Shown in pieces: positions 40,808 through 49,567 of a DNA stretch of 64,000 nucleotides. A program made the translations under genes and the position numbers. The notes below the pieces were generated by a model. It was given only the letters and a program-made list of their open reading frames with translations, searched no databases and had not been told where the DNA came from. This DNA comes from a virus (lineage: Duplodnaviria; Caudoviricetes). Location: the IMG/VR virus record IMGVR_UViG_3300037454_000334, positions 42,915 through 106,914 of that record; one strand, given 5' to 3'. How positions within the stretch are numbered: position 1 is the first letter of the stretch; each line of letters begins with the position of its first letter.

Positions 40808-41362
40808 ATGGACTATCACTACAAGAAAGAATTCTTCCGGGACTGGTACGCCCGGAACAAAGGGAAAATCACAAAGAAGGAGATTCTTCAGGTCATCAGG
40901 ACCACGAGTGCCAACAACCTGCAGATATGGATGCTGGAAAAGGAGCCCGCTCCGATGAAGGACGGACAGACCGACACCGGCGACCGCGACTGGCTGCCGC
41001 TGCGCTGCATACTCAGGCTGTGCTCACACTACGACCTGAAACTGTCGGACTTCATCGAGGGTGCCGAGGACATCAAACCGAAGCCACGCAAGAAGGCGCA
41101 GGAAAACGCGGAGATAACCGAACTGCAGCTGAAACTGGCGGCGGCGAAACAGGAACTCGCAGAGGCCAAACTAGACTACGAGCGCGAGATCAACGCCATC
41201 CATGCCAAGTACTGCGAGCGCGAGGACAACATCCGCAAGGGCTACGACGAGACCATCCAGAAACTGATCAGCCGTGTGCCAGAACAGCAACAAAAGGAAT
41301 GGCCGCACATGACGGTCAACGACGACGCCATATACGGCCAGACAGACGGAAAAAAGGGCTGA
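40808..41362 (+). CDS. probable HTH regulator with coiled-coil tail
   Basis: LPLRCILRLCSHYDLKLSDFI XRE-like ending; divergent arrangement. Confidence 0.6.
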   Translation: MDYHYKKEFFRDWYARNKGKITKKEILQVIRTTSANNLQIWMLEKEPAPMKDGQTDTGDRDWLPLRCILRLCSHYDLKLSDFIEGAEDIKPKPRKKAQENAEITELQLKLAAAKQELAEAKLDYEREINAIHAKYCEREDNIRKGYDETIQKLISRVPEQQQKEWPHMTVNDDAIYGQTDGKKG

Positions 41363-41397
41363 TAGACTGGCTTGAAAAGAAGGAACCCAACTGACGC

Positions 41398-42174
41398 TCA
41401 GTTAGCCGCCCGCTTCTCTTCGCGCTCGGCCAGCGACTGGTTCATGCGGTACTGCTGCGGGGTAATCTCCTCCATACCCTTCGCACGGCACGGATAGACA
41501 CAGCCGATGTAATAGGTCGTCGAGCGCAGGAAGAACGTCGGTGTCGATTCCGATAGCCTGCCCTCCGGCAGTTCGGCACCGAGGATACGGTACAGCTGCT
41601 GCACGGTCATCACCGGCAGCTTTAATCGCTTCTGCTCGGCGATGATGGCCCGTCGCTGCTTACGAGAGGCCTGTATCGGTCGTCCCTGCGGGTCGGTCTG
41701 CTCACCGACGGGACGGAACGAGATCTTCGGCATCACGACCTTCTTCACAGTCTGGCCATCCTCCGTCGGCACACTGATCTCCTGAATCTTGTCACGCAGA
41801 TAGATAGTGTCCCACGAGTCCTTCATCTGATACTCACGGCTGGGTATCTCCACCGACTCGCGCACCGCCTCACAGGAAGGGACATAATACTGGTCGCCGT
41901 CCAATACCATGAACTTGCGCCATAGTTTCTCGTCGACTTTCTCCCCTTTGGCAAACGCCACGCAGGCCACGCCTCCCGCAAAGAACTGCGGATTGGAATA
42001 GAAATACTTCGCGCCGAACTTCTTACAGTAGTCGTCGGCTGCCTCCTCGCATTTCTGACAAGCGTGCCAGAAGCGGGTAATCGCCTTCCCCGTGGCTGAT
42101 TCCGCTGCCACACGGTAATAATGGCGCACATCCTGACCCTGCACCTCGGCCTTCTTCGTTGTTGATGGTTTCAT
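41398..42174 (-). CDS. hypothetical protein
   Basis: 258-aa ORF. Confidence 0.7.
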   Translation of the reverse strand: MKPSTTKKAEVQGQDVRHYYRVAAESATGKAITRFWHACQKCEEAADDYCKKFGAKYFYSNPQFFAGGVACVAFAKGEKVDEKLWRKFMVLDGDQYYVPSCEAVRESVEIPSREYQMKDSWDTIYLRDKIQEISVPTEDGQTVKKVVMPKISFRPVGEQTDPQGRPIQASRKQRRAIIAEQKRLKLPVMTVQQLYRILGAELPEGRLSESTPTFFLRSTTYYIGCVYPCRAKGMEEITPQQYRMNQSLAEREEKRAAN

Positions 42175-42209
42175 AAAGTGATTGACGATTTATTTCAATT
42201 TTAAATATA

Positions 42210-42896
42210 TTATGTTCTTATGTTCTTATGTCTAAAATATAAGAACGTGCCTGCTGCGATGGCGATGCCAACAAGGATGCCACGGAGCCACGCCCACGTC
42301 TTCTGCCACCAGGTCGGACCACCGTCCATGTTCGTCTGCTTCGTCTGGTCGAACTGCTGCGATAGTGAATCCCACAGGTGCGCCTCCATCTGCGTCAATC
42401 GGTCACTCCAGGTCGAATCCATCTGTGAGAGCGTCTTGTGCAGCTCGTTCTGCCAGCGCTCCTCGGTCTGCTGCCAGCGCTGCTGCTCCTGCTTCGATAT
42501 CTCACGCTGAGTCGTGCGCTGTTCCTGGCGCATCTCACGACCAAGACTATCCACCCACGTCGTAATCGTCTCGGTGGTTGTCTCCTTCTGATGCTCCTGA
42601 GCTGCAAACTCCTGCATCGCCGCCCACACCGAGGCAGTCACGATGGAGTCGAGATCCACACTGGTCTGCTGATGGTGCCCGTCGTGCTTGGCCTCCGACG
42701 CCAGCGTGTCGGCATTCACCACATGCGTCTGATGCTCGTGGGTCTCCTTGTGCGACGCACAGCTACACGTTGATACCAGGAAGATCATGACAAACACCCA
42801 GAATCCGACGATTCCGATAAACGTGCCGACGGTCGGCCACTCTATCTGACAGTTCGACCATCTGTCCTTGAAGGTTTTCAATAATGACTGTTTCAT
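42210..42896 (-). CDS. membrane protein, spanin candidate
   Basis: Hydrophobic N-segment ending S-C-A, coiled coil, C-terminal TM helix. Confidence 0.55.
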   Translation of the reverse strand: MKQSLLKTFKDRWSNCQIEWPTVGTFIGIVGFWVFVMIFLVSTCSCASHKETHEHQTHVVNADTLASEAKHDGHHQQTSVDLDSIVTASVWAAMQEFAAQEHQKETTTETITTWVDSLGREMRQEQRTTQREISKQEQQRWQQTEERWQNELHKTLSQMDSTWSDRLTQMEAHLWDSLSQQFDQTKQTNMDGGPTWWQKTWAWLRGILVGIAIAAGTFLYFRHKNIRT

Positions 42897-42923
42897 AACT
42901 TTGAATTGAATTGATTTCAACGA

Positions 42924-42957
42924 CAAAGTTAAATCTTAACGAAATAAAAAATGGGAC
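42924..42957 (-). promoter_or_regulatory. GTCCCA-N20-TAACTTTG promoter
   Basis: Motif copy upstream of the spanin candidate. Confidence 0.75.
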
Positions 42958-43011
42958 GATTTCCGAACCTGTCAGAAATCATCCCATCCGATAAGGGGTA
43001 AATCTATGTAA

Positions 43012-44508
43012 CTATTCAATAATGTCTTTCACAATCGCCGGAGCCAGCTTCGGTAAATCAAGCAATTGGCGTGCCTTCTCATAGACGGGTTCCATAGTCT
43101 TCCCCGACCAAAACCGGGCGTCCTCCTTGTTGATAGTTACATAAAATTGCCCGTTGCGCAGACCATTGTATCTCGCCCGCTGTAACAGTGACCTGACAGG
43201 CCTAGTGGTGTCCGATACCAGCTGCTGCCATTTGTCGGATGCCTCACCGGGGATATAGTCGGGCTCGTCCCTCACAAACAAGTCCTCCGACTGCTGCTCA
43301 GGCTGCCGGATGGCACCACGCTTACGCTCTACATCCCTGATATAATTCTCCATTATCGTCGTGGCATAAGCTACCACATTGTCAGGCTGCTTACGCTCCA
43401 CAGCGTCACGGATATCATGGAAGCAATAACTCATGAATTCGTCCAGCTCCTCGTCCTGAATCCTCGCAACCAGTTCACGCAGGTCGTAAGCCCTGAAATC
43501 CCTGCACCAGTCGCACATCGTCCTCACCCACAGGTGGCGCTGCCTACTGATACGCTTCTCCGCATCATGCTCAAGAGCCAGCCGTTTCTTGATGATGGTA
43601 AACTGAATATGACTCGGATTGCCGCGCTTCCTGCCATTCTCATAGAGCGGCTCATACTCAAAGGTGATGTCAATCTGGTCATTGTCCGAAAACGTGTCAA
43701 GCTCCAGTTTCGCAGGGTCAAGGATCTGCGACTGCACCTTGTTCCATTTACGGAAGGGGTTCTCCCACTTCGTCAGCGCCTCCAGCCGCTCGTTGGCCTC
43801 CTTCTGCGTAATCTCCTTGTTCTTCAGCTGCTCGTTGATCTTGTTCAGACGGTCGGCACGGGCAGTCTCGTCGTCGATACCCAGGAACTTACAGAAGTCC
43901 TTATAGTCCACCTTCTTGTGGCCCGCATCTTTGAACGATGCGAGGAAGGTGTAGATACGCGGTGTGCGCACCTTCTTCGATATCTGCGTGATTCTCGACA
44001 GATATTCCGTGTAACCCTTGTCCATCGACAGGAAGTCACGGATATTCTCATTGAGCATCACCACCTTCACCTTACCCGTCCGTCGGCTGTTGCCCATCGG
44101 CAGTTCCAGTCGGGCGAACAGCGGTGCCACCACGTAGTTCATCTTGTCCTTGTAGGCCTTCGGAAAACCGATGCGCTTGTTGGCCAGGTCCCTCAGCGCC
44201 TCTTCCAGATAGTCGTAGTGCTCAGGGATGATACCGAACTTCTTCGGCGATATCTCGATGGTCGTCGAGTCGCCCATCATCTCCGCATCAGAGAACAGAC
44301 TGGGAAACTGCTTACCGTCCTCCTTATCGTTGATTGAGCGCAGTATCTTGTCCTGCATCTCGTCGAGTACACCAGCCAGGATACGCTGCTGCAGTAACGA
44401 GAAGTCACCGCTGATCTGTGAATAGACCACCGGGTTGTAAAGCCACTCCTTCGGCAACAGACCAGTCTCCTGCTGCTCCTGTTCCTCGTTCTTCTTTTTC
44501 TTCGCCAT
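43012..44508 (-). CDS. plasmid-type replication initiator (Rep_3/RepB-like)
   Basis: DFSLLQQRIL, YTEY......SKKVRTPRIY, ILDPAKLEL, ITFEYE...IQFTI motifs; flanked by iterons. Confidence 0.8.
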   Translation of the reverse strand: MAKKKKNEEQEQQETGLLPKEWLYNPVVYSQISGDFSLLQQRILAGVLDEMQDKILRSINDKEDGKQFPSLFSDAEMMGDSTTIEISPKKFGIIPEHYDYLEEALRDLANKRIGFPKAYKDKMNYVVAPLFARLELPMGNSRRTGKVKVVMLNENIRDFLSMDKGYTEYLSRITQISKKVRTPRIYTFLASFKDAGHKKVDYKDFCKFLGIDDETARADRLNKINEQLKNKEITQKEANERLEALTKWENPFRKWNKVQSQILDPAKLELDTFSDNDQIDITFEYEPLYENGRKRGNPSHIQFTIIKKRLALEHDAEKRISRQRHLWVRTMCDWCRDFRAYDLRELVARIQDEELDEFMSYCFHDIRDAVERKQPDNVVAYATTIMENYIRDVERKRGAIRQPEQQSEDLFVRDEPDYIPGEASDKWQQLVSDTTRPVRSLLQRARYNGLRNGQFYVTINKEDARFWSGKTMEPVYEKARQLLDLPKLAPAIVKDIIE

Positions 44509-44525
44509 ATACCTTTATATATATA

Positions 44526-44976
44526 GTTACATACTTTTACCCCTCACCTCAGACGTGATAGTTACACGTTTTTACCCCTTGGTGCTGGAGTCTGACAGTT
44601 ACATGTTTTTACCCCTCATACGAAAATATCCATAGATTGTATCCGACAGTTACCGGGTTTCGCCCATATAGTTACGGTTACAGCCCGAACAGTTACATGA
44701 AATTGCCCCTTCCCATAACGTGAAAGCCCTCTGATGATGCGGGTTTCAGCCCGATTGGCCACACCCGTTAATTCTCTTAATAAAGAAAAGCTCTCTAAAA
44801 GACGATAGACTACCTTATATAAATTAAAGGAGTCATGTCGTCTAAGGGGTAAATCTATGTAACTAACGGGTTTCATCGTCGCACTTATGAGGGGTAAATC
44901 CATGTAACAATACCTTTTCGTAGGTTAACCAGTTTATAGTTATGGCGACCTACGCTAAGGGGTAAATCTCTGTAAC
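44526..44976. repeat. 19-bp iteron array (GTTACAnnnnTTTACCCCT), putative plasmid origin
   Basis: Forward copies at 44526, 44561, 44598, 44692; inverted copies at 44845, 44890, 44958; extra copy at 42994. Confidence 0.85.
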
Positions 44977-45287
44977 TATTTCTTGATTTCAATCTTCCCC
45001 TCCTGCACATCAAGCCAGAGTCCGATGGCCTGCACCACCATATCCTTCATCGTCTGTCGGCTTGTGGCACTGATCACCTTCAGCCTCACGTGCTGCGATG
45101 ACGGAATCGGGATATTGATGTTCTGCGTCGGCTCCTGATACACCGACTGCTGTTCTGCATGCGCACCTGACCCCTTTGTGTCCGCAATTTCCTTAAAGCC
45201 CTGTTCAATCTTCTGCTCCGTGTCCTTGACCAGCGTCTCCTGCAACTCTGCCAGGTTCCACTTATTGCCTTTCTTCTTCTCTGCCAT
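44976..45287 (-). CDS. ParB/ParG-like ribbon-helix-helix partition protein
   Basis: INIPIPSSQHVRLKVISA...TMKDMVVQAI RHH pattern directly downstream of parA. Confidence 0.65.
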   Translation of the reverse strand: MAEKKKGNKWNLAELQETLVKDTEQKIEQGFKEIADTKGSGAHAEQQSVYQEPTQNINIPIPSSQHVRLKVISATSRQTMKDMVVQAIGLWLDVQEGKIEIKK

Positions 45288-45338
45288 AACAAAAATATTT
45301 TTATTAGTTTACTATTTTTCTACTTTAATAGTTCCAAA

Positions 45339-46142
45339 TCAGAATAGTTCCTTGCAAAGCGCTTCATAGGCATTGGCCGCTGGCGACCATTGCTTATACT
45401 CATAGATATCCTGCTTCTTTGTCTGCGCTTCATTCACCTTCACGCTACGAGGGATCATCGTTTCACAGACATTATCCCCATACGCCTGGTGCAGATACTC
45501 CACAAACGACTTCACGATGTTCGGACGAGAGTCCACCATCACAGGCAGCAGACCTCGCAGTTCGAGCTGCGGGTTTAGTTCTCGCTTAACCCGTTCCATT
45601 TCCACAATAATCGGTGCCAGTCCTGATACGCTCAGTCCCTCCATCTGGACAGGAATCAACAATCCACTCGCCACCGCCATCGCATTATAGGTACACATCG
45701 AGAGGGCAGGCGGACAGTCTATCAACACATAATCGAACCAATCGGGAATTGTAGTGATACCTTCGCCCGAGCAATCCTCCACCTCACCAAGCACTAATTT
45801 CCGAAGCACCATATAAGGCTGCATCTGTGCCATCAGTTTCGGCTCGATCTTCTGTAAGGCAGGTGACGACGGCACGAAATAGATACCACGGTCACTCTTA
45901 TAGATTGGCAGCCTACCCTGCTCCGATGCCAGTGCATCCGTCACCGTCGGACTGTCACCATACGACGCACCAAAGCCCATCAGCTTCGACAGGTCGCCTT
46001 GTGGGTCTATATCCATCACGAGTATGCGCCAGTCCTTGCGGTAGCGCTTCATCGCTGCAGCCAGGCTCTGTACGGTGGTGGTCTTCCCTACTCCACCTTT
46101 GTTGTTGACAACGGCCAACACTTCTTTCAGTCTTGTTTCCAT
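45339..46142 (-). CDS. parA: ParA family partition ATPase
   Basis: NNKGGVGKTTT, DIDPQG, DYVLIDCPP. Confidence 0.93.
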   Translation of the reverse strand: METRLKEVLAVVNNKGGVGKTTTVQSLAAAMKRYRKDWRILVMDIDPQGDLSKLMGFGASYGDSPTVTDALASEQGRLPIYKSDRGIYFVPSSPALQKIEPKLMAQMQPYMVLRKLVLGEVEDCSGEGITTIPDWFDYVLIDCPPALSMCTYNAMAVASGLLIPVQMEGLSVSGLAPIIVEMERVKRELNPQLELRGLLPVMVDSRPNIVKSFVEYLHQAYGDNVCETMIPRSVKVNEAQTKKQDIYEYKQWSPAANAYEALCKELF

Positions 46143-46418
46143 ATTCTTTTGAAGTCAATTAATGTCGTCACGTAAAAACGCTACAAAGATAATACAAATT
46201 ATAAATATATATCTAATTATCTAACTATTTTATTTATTTCTCTAACATCATTTAACTATTTAGCTTCCTATATATCTTCCTATATATCTTCTTAGATAAC
46301 TATTTATCTATCTACTTATCTAACTATCTATATACCTTATATAATATATATAACTTAAATAACATTGATAACTAACTATTTATATAACTATTTTATTAAT
46401 AAAACTACAAAACTATTT

Positions 46419-47345
46419 TCATCCCTTCAGCAATCCTCCGGCCAGAAGGCCGAAGACAGCAGGACCAAGCAGACCGAAGTAATATATCATCACCAGTGTA
46501 ATGGCTGCAGCACCGACGGCAGCGATGATCTTCTTACGCTGCTCCTCACGCTCAACTTCCTCCGCCTCGCGGGCCTCACGCTCCATACGCTCCTCATAAG
46601 CCCTTAACCGAGCCTCACGCTTAGCCTCGCGCTCAGCCATGCGACGACGACGACACTCAGCATTCTTCTCAAGTTCCGATGGGGTAGGGGCCAGAGGCGT
46701 GCCGCTGTGGTAGGCCGCCGTAGCATTTATTTCGGTCACGCCCTGGTCGCCCTTAGCCGCATCTGTCGTAGCCCTTTCGTCGTCGGTGTCAAACAGCGAC
46801 AGTTCCTGCGGCTCGTGTGCCTCCATAGTACCATCAGAATCATCAGATTTAAGTTTCTCATCATCTATCTTGGGGAGATTAGATCCTTCATCAGCGACGG
46901 GCTCCGTAACGGGCGACGAGCTCTCCAGAAGGTGCAAATCCTTCGGGAATAGCGCAATCCAACCGCCATCCTCCAGACGAGTAATCTTTGTGCTCGGACA
47001 CTTCTCAGGCAGCACATCACCCATGCGCAGACCGCTACGCCAGTAGTCACCAGCCATAAGCCATACCTTGACGGCTGCAGGCCGACTGGCACCACCATTG
47101 TTCGGATAGATCTTAATATCACCATGCACAGGCATCGACAGCGTGGCCATCCACACCTTGCGCAGCGCCTCGCGGCTCTCCTCAAACTCAGTGCCTGCAA
47201 ACTCCTGATACACGTCCTCTATCAGCTGATCCACGTTCAGCGGATGACGCTCAGCCCAGTCCGATGTCATGCGGTCAATCATGAATACCTTGCCAGTTCC
47301 AGGAACTCGATGTTCAATGTTCGTTGTGAAGTCAAATTGTCTCAT
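46419..47345 (-). CDS. hypothetical protein with C-terminal TM anchor
   Basis: 308 aa; charged coil then hydrophobic tail. Confidence 0.65.
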   Translation of the reverse strand: MRQFDFTTNIEHRVPGTGKVFMIDRMTSDWAERHPLNVDQLIEDVYQEFAGTEFEESREALRKVWMATLSMPVHGDIKIYPNNGGASRPAAVKVWLMAGDYWRSGLRMGDVLPEKCPSTKITRLEDGGWIALFPKDLHLLESSSPVTEPVADEGSNLPKIDDEKLKSDDSDGTMEAHEPQELSLFDTDDERATTDAAKGDQGVTEINATAAYHSGTPLAPTPSELEKNAECRRRRMAEREAKREARLRAYEERMEREAREAEEVEREEQRKKIIAAVGAAAITLVMIYYFGLLGPAVFGLLAGGLLKG

Positions 47346-47584
47346 ATTCCTTATTAATTATATTATTTATGGTGCAAAGATACAATATATATCTTGTATT
47401 ACCAAATATTTATGAAGAAAAATACAATATATAGTTTAAATTTAACTATGATTTAACAAATACAAACTATATATTTACAGAAATTAAGAAAAACAATATA
47501 TATATTTAATTATTGCCAAAAGATTTGGAACTTTTAGATATTATGCTTATCTTTGCAGCCCATTTCTTACAAAAAATATATAGT

Positions 47585-47833
47585 ATGAACATCAAGGCAG
47601 TAATCAGCAGGAAAGGATTCACGATGCAGCAGGTGGCCGATAAACTCGGTATCTCGCAGCAGGCTGTGAGTCAGGCGGTCAATGGCAATCCATCACTCTC
47701 CCGTCTGAAAGATATTGCCGACGCTATTGGTGTGACGGTCTCGGAACTTGTAGCCGACGACGAACAGTCCACGCACACGATACGATGTCCACACTGCGGC
47801 CATGAGATTGAAATAACCATTGATTTGAAATAA
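47585..47833 (+). CDS. XRE-family HTH regulator with CPHCG tail
   Basis: TMQQVADKLGISQQAVSQAVNGNPSL; likely start MNIKAV. Confidence 0.88.
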   Translation: MNIKAVISRKGFTMQQVADKLGISQQAVSQAVNGNPSLSRLKDIADAIGVTVSELVADDEQSTHTIRCPHCGHEIEITIDLK

Positions 47834-48153
47834 GACTAACACCCAAAGATTCGCAGCAATGCGAGTTAATAAATCAAGTGAACTTTTGAGTTAGTGAAAG
47901 CAGAGACGAAACCGTTTTCGGTCTATGCCGAGCGTGAAAAAAGTCAGCGAAGCTAACTTATGAAACCATTCCCGTGATGCGTGAGCACCGACCGGGCAAG
48001 ACTAAAAGGAGCGAGGGGGCCATCACGGCTGCCTCGCTCTTGGATTCTAGTTAAATCAGAATTAAATAAATAAATTTTAGAGAAAATATTCGTTATTTAC
48101 TCGTGGCCGCCGCCACACATAAAGAAAACAATATTATTGTGACATTATTACAT

Positions 48154-48762
48154 TTAGAGTTCACGATTCAGAATCCGGCCGATGCAAGCCTGGTCGTAGT
48201 GGTCGATGACCGCCTTCATCTTCAGTTTCGCTATCACCGGGTCGATCGCCTGCAGCAGAACATCCTTGTCACTGCCCAGCCAAGCCGCGTAAAGCGATAA
48301 CGAGAAATCAGCCTGCGACAACATCGCACCCTGAATGACGAGCGACAACGACACAAAAGTGCCTGACCCCTTTGTGTCCTTTGTGTCGCAGCCGATGATA
48401 GCCAGCTGCGCGTCGAGCACCAGCGGATCCACTGCATAGTGAACACGGTCGAGATACCCATTGAGTTCACTCTCCACCAACTCCTTCTGACTGCGCTGCG
48501 TCAGCAGCAGCAGCGCCTGCGTCCATCCACGACGGAAGTAGTAGGCCAGTGTGCGCAACATCATCACGTCCACCTCTGGTACCGTCAGCACAATCACATG
48601 CTCATCACCAGCCAGACGACTCACCGCGCCAAGCAGCTTCTCCAGAGTCACATCACCGTTCGTCTGAAAGAAGCAGAAGCCACCCTTCGCCTCCTTCATC
48701 ACCTTCGGCAGGTCTTTATCAACACAACATGGAGCTATATACATTGAATTTTCAATTTTCAA
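48154..48762 (-). CDS. hypothetical protein
   Basis: 202-aa ORF downstream of the amidase. Confidence 0.65.
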   Translation of the reverse strand: MKIENSMYIAPCCVDKDLPKVMKEAKGGFCFFQTNGDVTLEKLLGAVSRLAGDEHVIVLTVPEVDVMMLRTLAYYFRRGWTQALLLLTQRSQKELVESELNGYLDRVHYAVDPLVLDAQLAIIGCDTKDTKGSGTFVSLSLVIQGAMLSQADFSLSLYAAWLGSDKDVLLQAIDPVIAKLKMKAVIDHYDQACIGRILNREL

Positions 48763-48764
48763 TA

Positions 48765-49508
48765 TTAAACGTTTCTATACGCGAACTTGGCATCGAATGA
48801 GGGACATTCTTTTACCCACTCATCAGGCGAGATAACCCCGTCGTGGTTCTTGTCGGGAGAAAAGTCACGGTGCCCCTGAATCTTCGCCTTCGGATAGAGC
48901 TTCCGCAAATCCATCAGCAGCGACAGCAGACTGGCCTTCTGAGCATCCGTGCGAGTATCTTTCGCTTTCAGCATGGAATAAGGCACACTAGGCCGGCTTT
49001 CCAGACCACCGACATACGAGATGCCGATACTGTTCGAGTTATACCCACTGACATGCGCACCGCTGATGTCCACGTCGCGCCCGATATTCACCGTGCCATC
49101 ACGATAGATGATATAGTGATAACCACAATCGCTCCAACCCTGCGCCTTGTGCTGCCTGCGGATGTCCTCCACCGTCATGTCGCGCCCCTCCTGAGTAGCC
49201 GTACAATGGATGACGATATAGTCAATCCTGCGCTTGCTTCGCTTCAGGCGGATGGTCTTCCCGCCGTAAGAACTGACCACCGAGTCCAACGACACAGAAG
49301 TGCCTGACCCCTTTGTGTCAATTCCCATCGCCAGCAGCGTCTTCGGCCCCGCGATACCATCAGCCGTCAGGCCATGCTCCTTTTGGTAGTTCTTCACCGC
49401 CTCAGTCGTCAGCTTACCCCATATACCATCAGGATAGCACCCGACCGCCTTCTGAATCAGGGTCACTACCGCCCCCTTCGATCCTTCCTTATAAGTTATC
49501 ACTCCCAT
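48765..49508 (-). CDS. endolysin: N-acetylmuramoyl-L-alanine amidase with N-terminal peptidoglycan-binding domain
   Basis: DGIWG..T..AVK.YQ..HGL.ADGIAGPKT; IHCTAT, GYHY, GHRD, KECPSF. Confidence 0.93.
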   Translation of the reverse strand: MGVITYKEGSKGAVVTLIQKAVGCYPDGIWGKLTTEAVKNYQKEHGLTADGIAGPKTLLAMGIDTKGSGTSVSLDSVVSSYGGKTIRLKRSKRRIDYIVIHCTATQEGRDMTVEDIRRQHKAQGWSDCGYHYIIYRDGTVNIGRDVDISGAHVSGYNSNSIGISYVGGLESRPSVPYSMLKAKDTRTDAQKASLLSLLMDLRKLYPKAKIQGHRDFSPDKNHDGVISPDEWVKECPSFDAKFAYRNV

Positions 49509-49567
49509 AGTCTTGTTGGTTTAAATATATATTTGAAATCCGTGAAATCCGTGTCATCCGTGATCCC

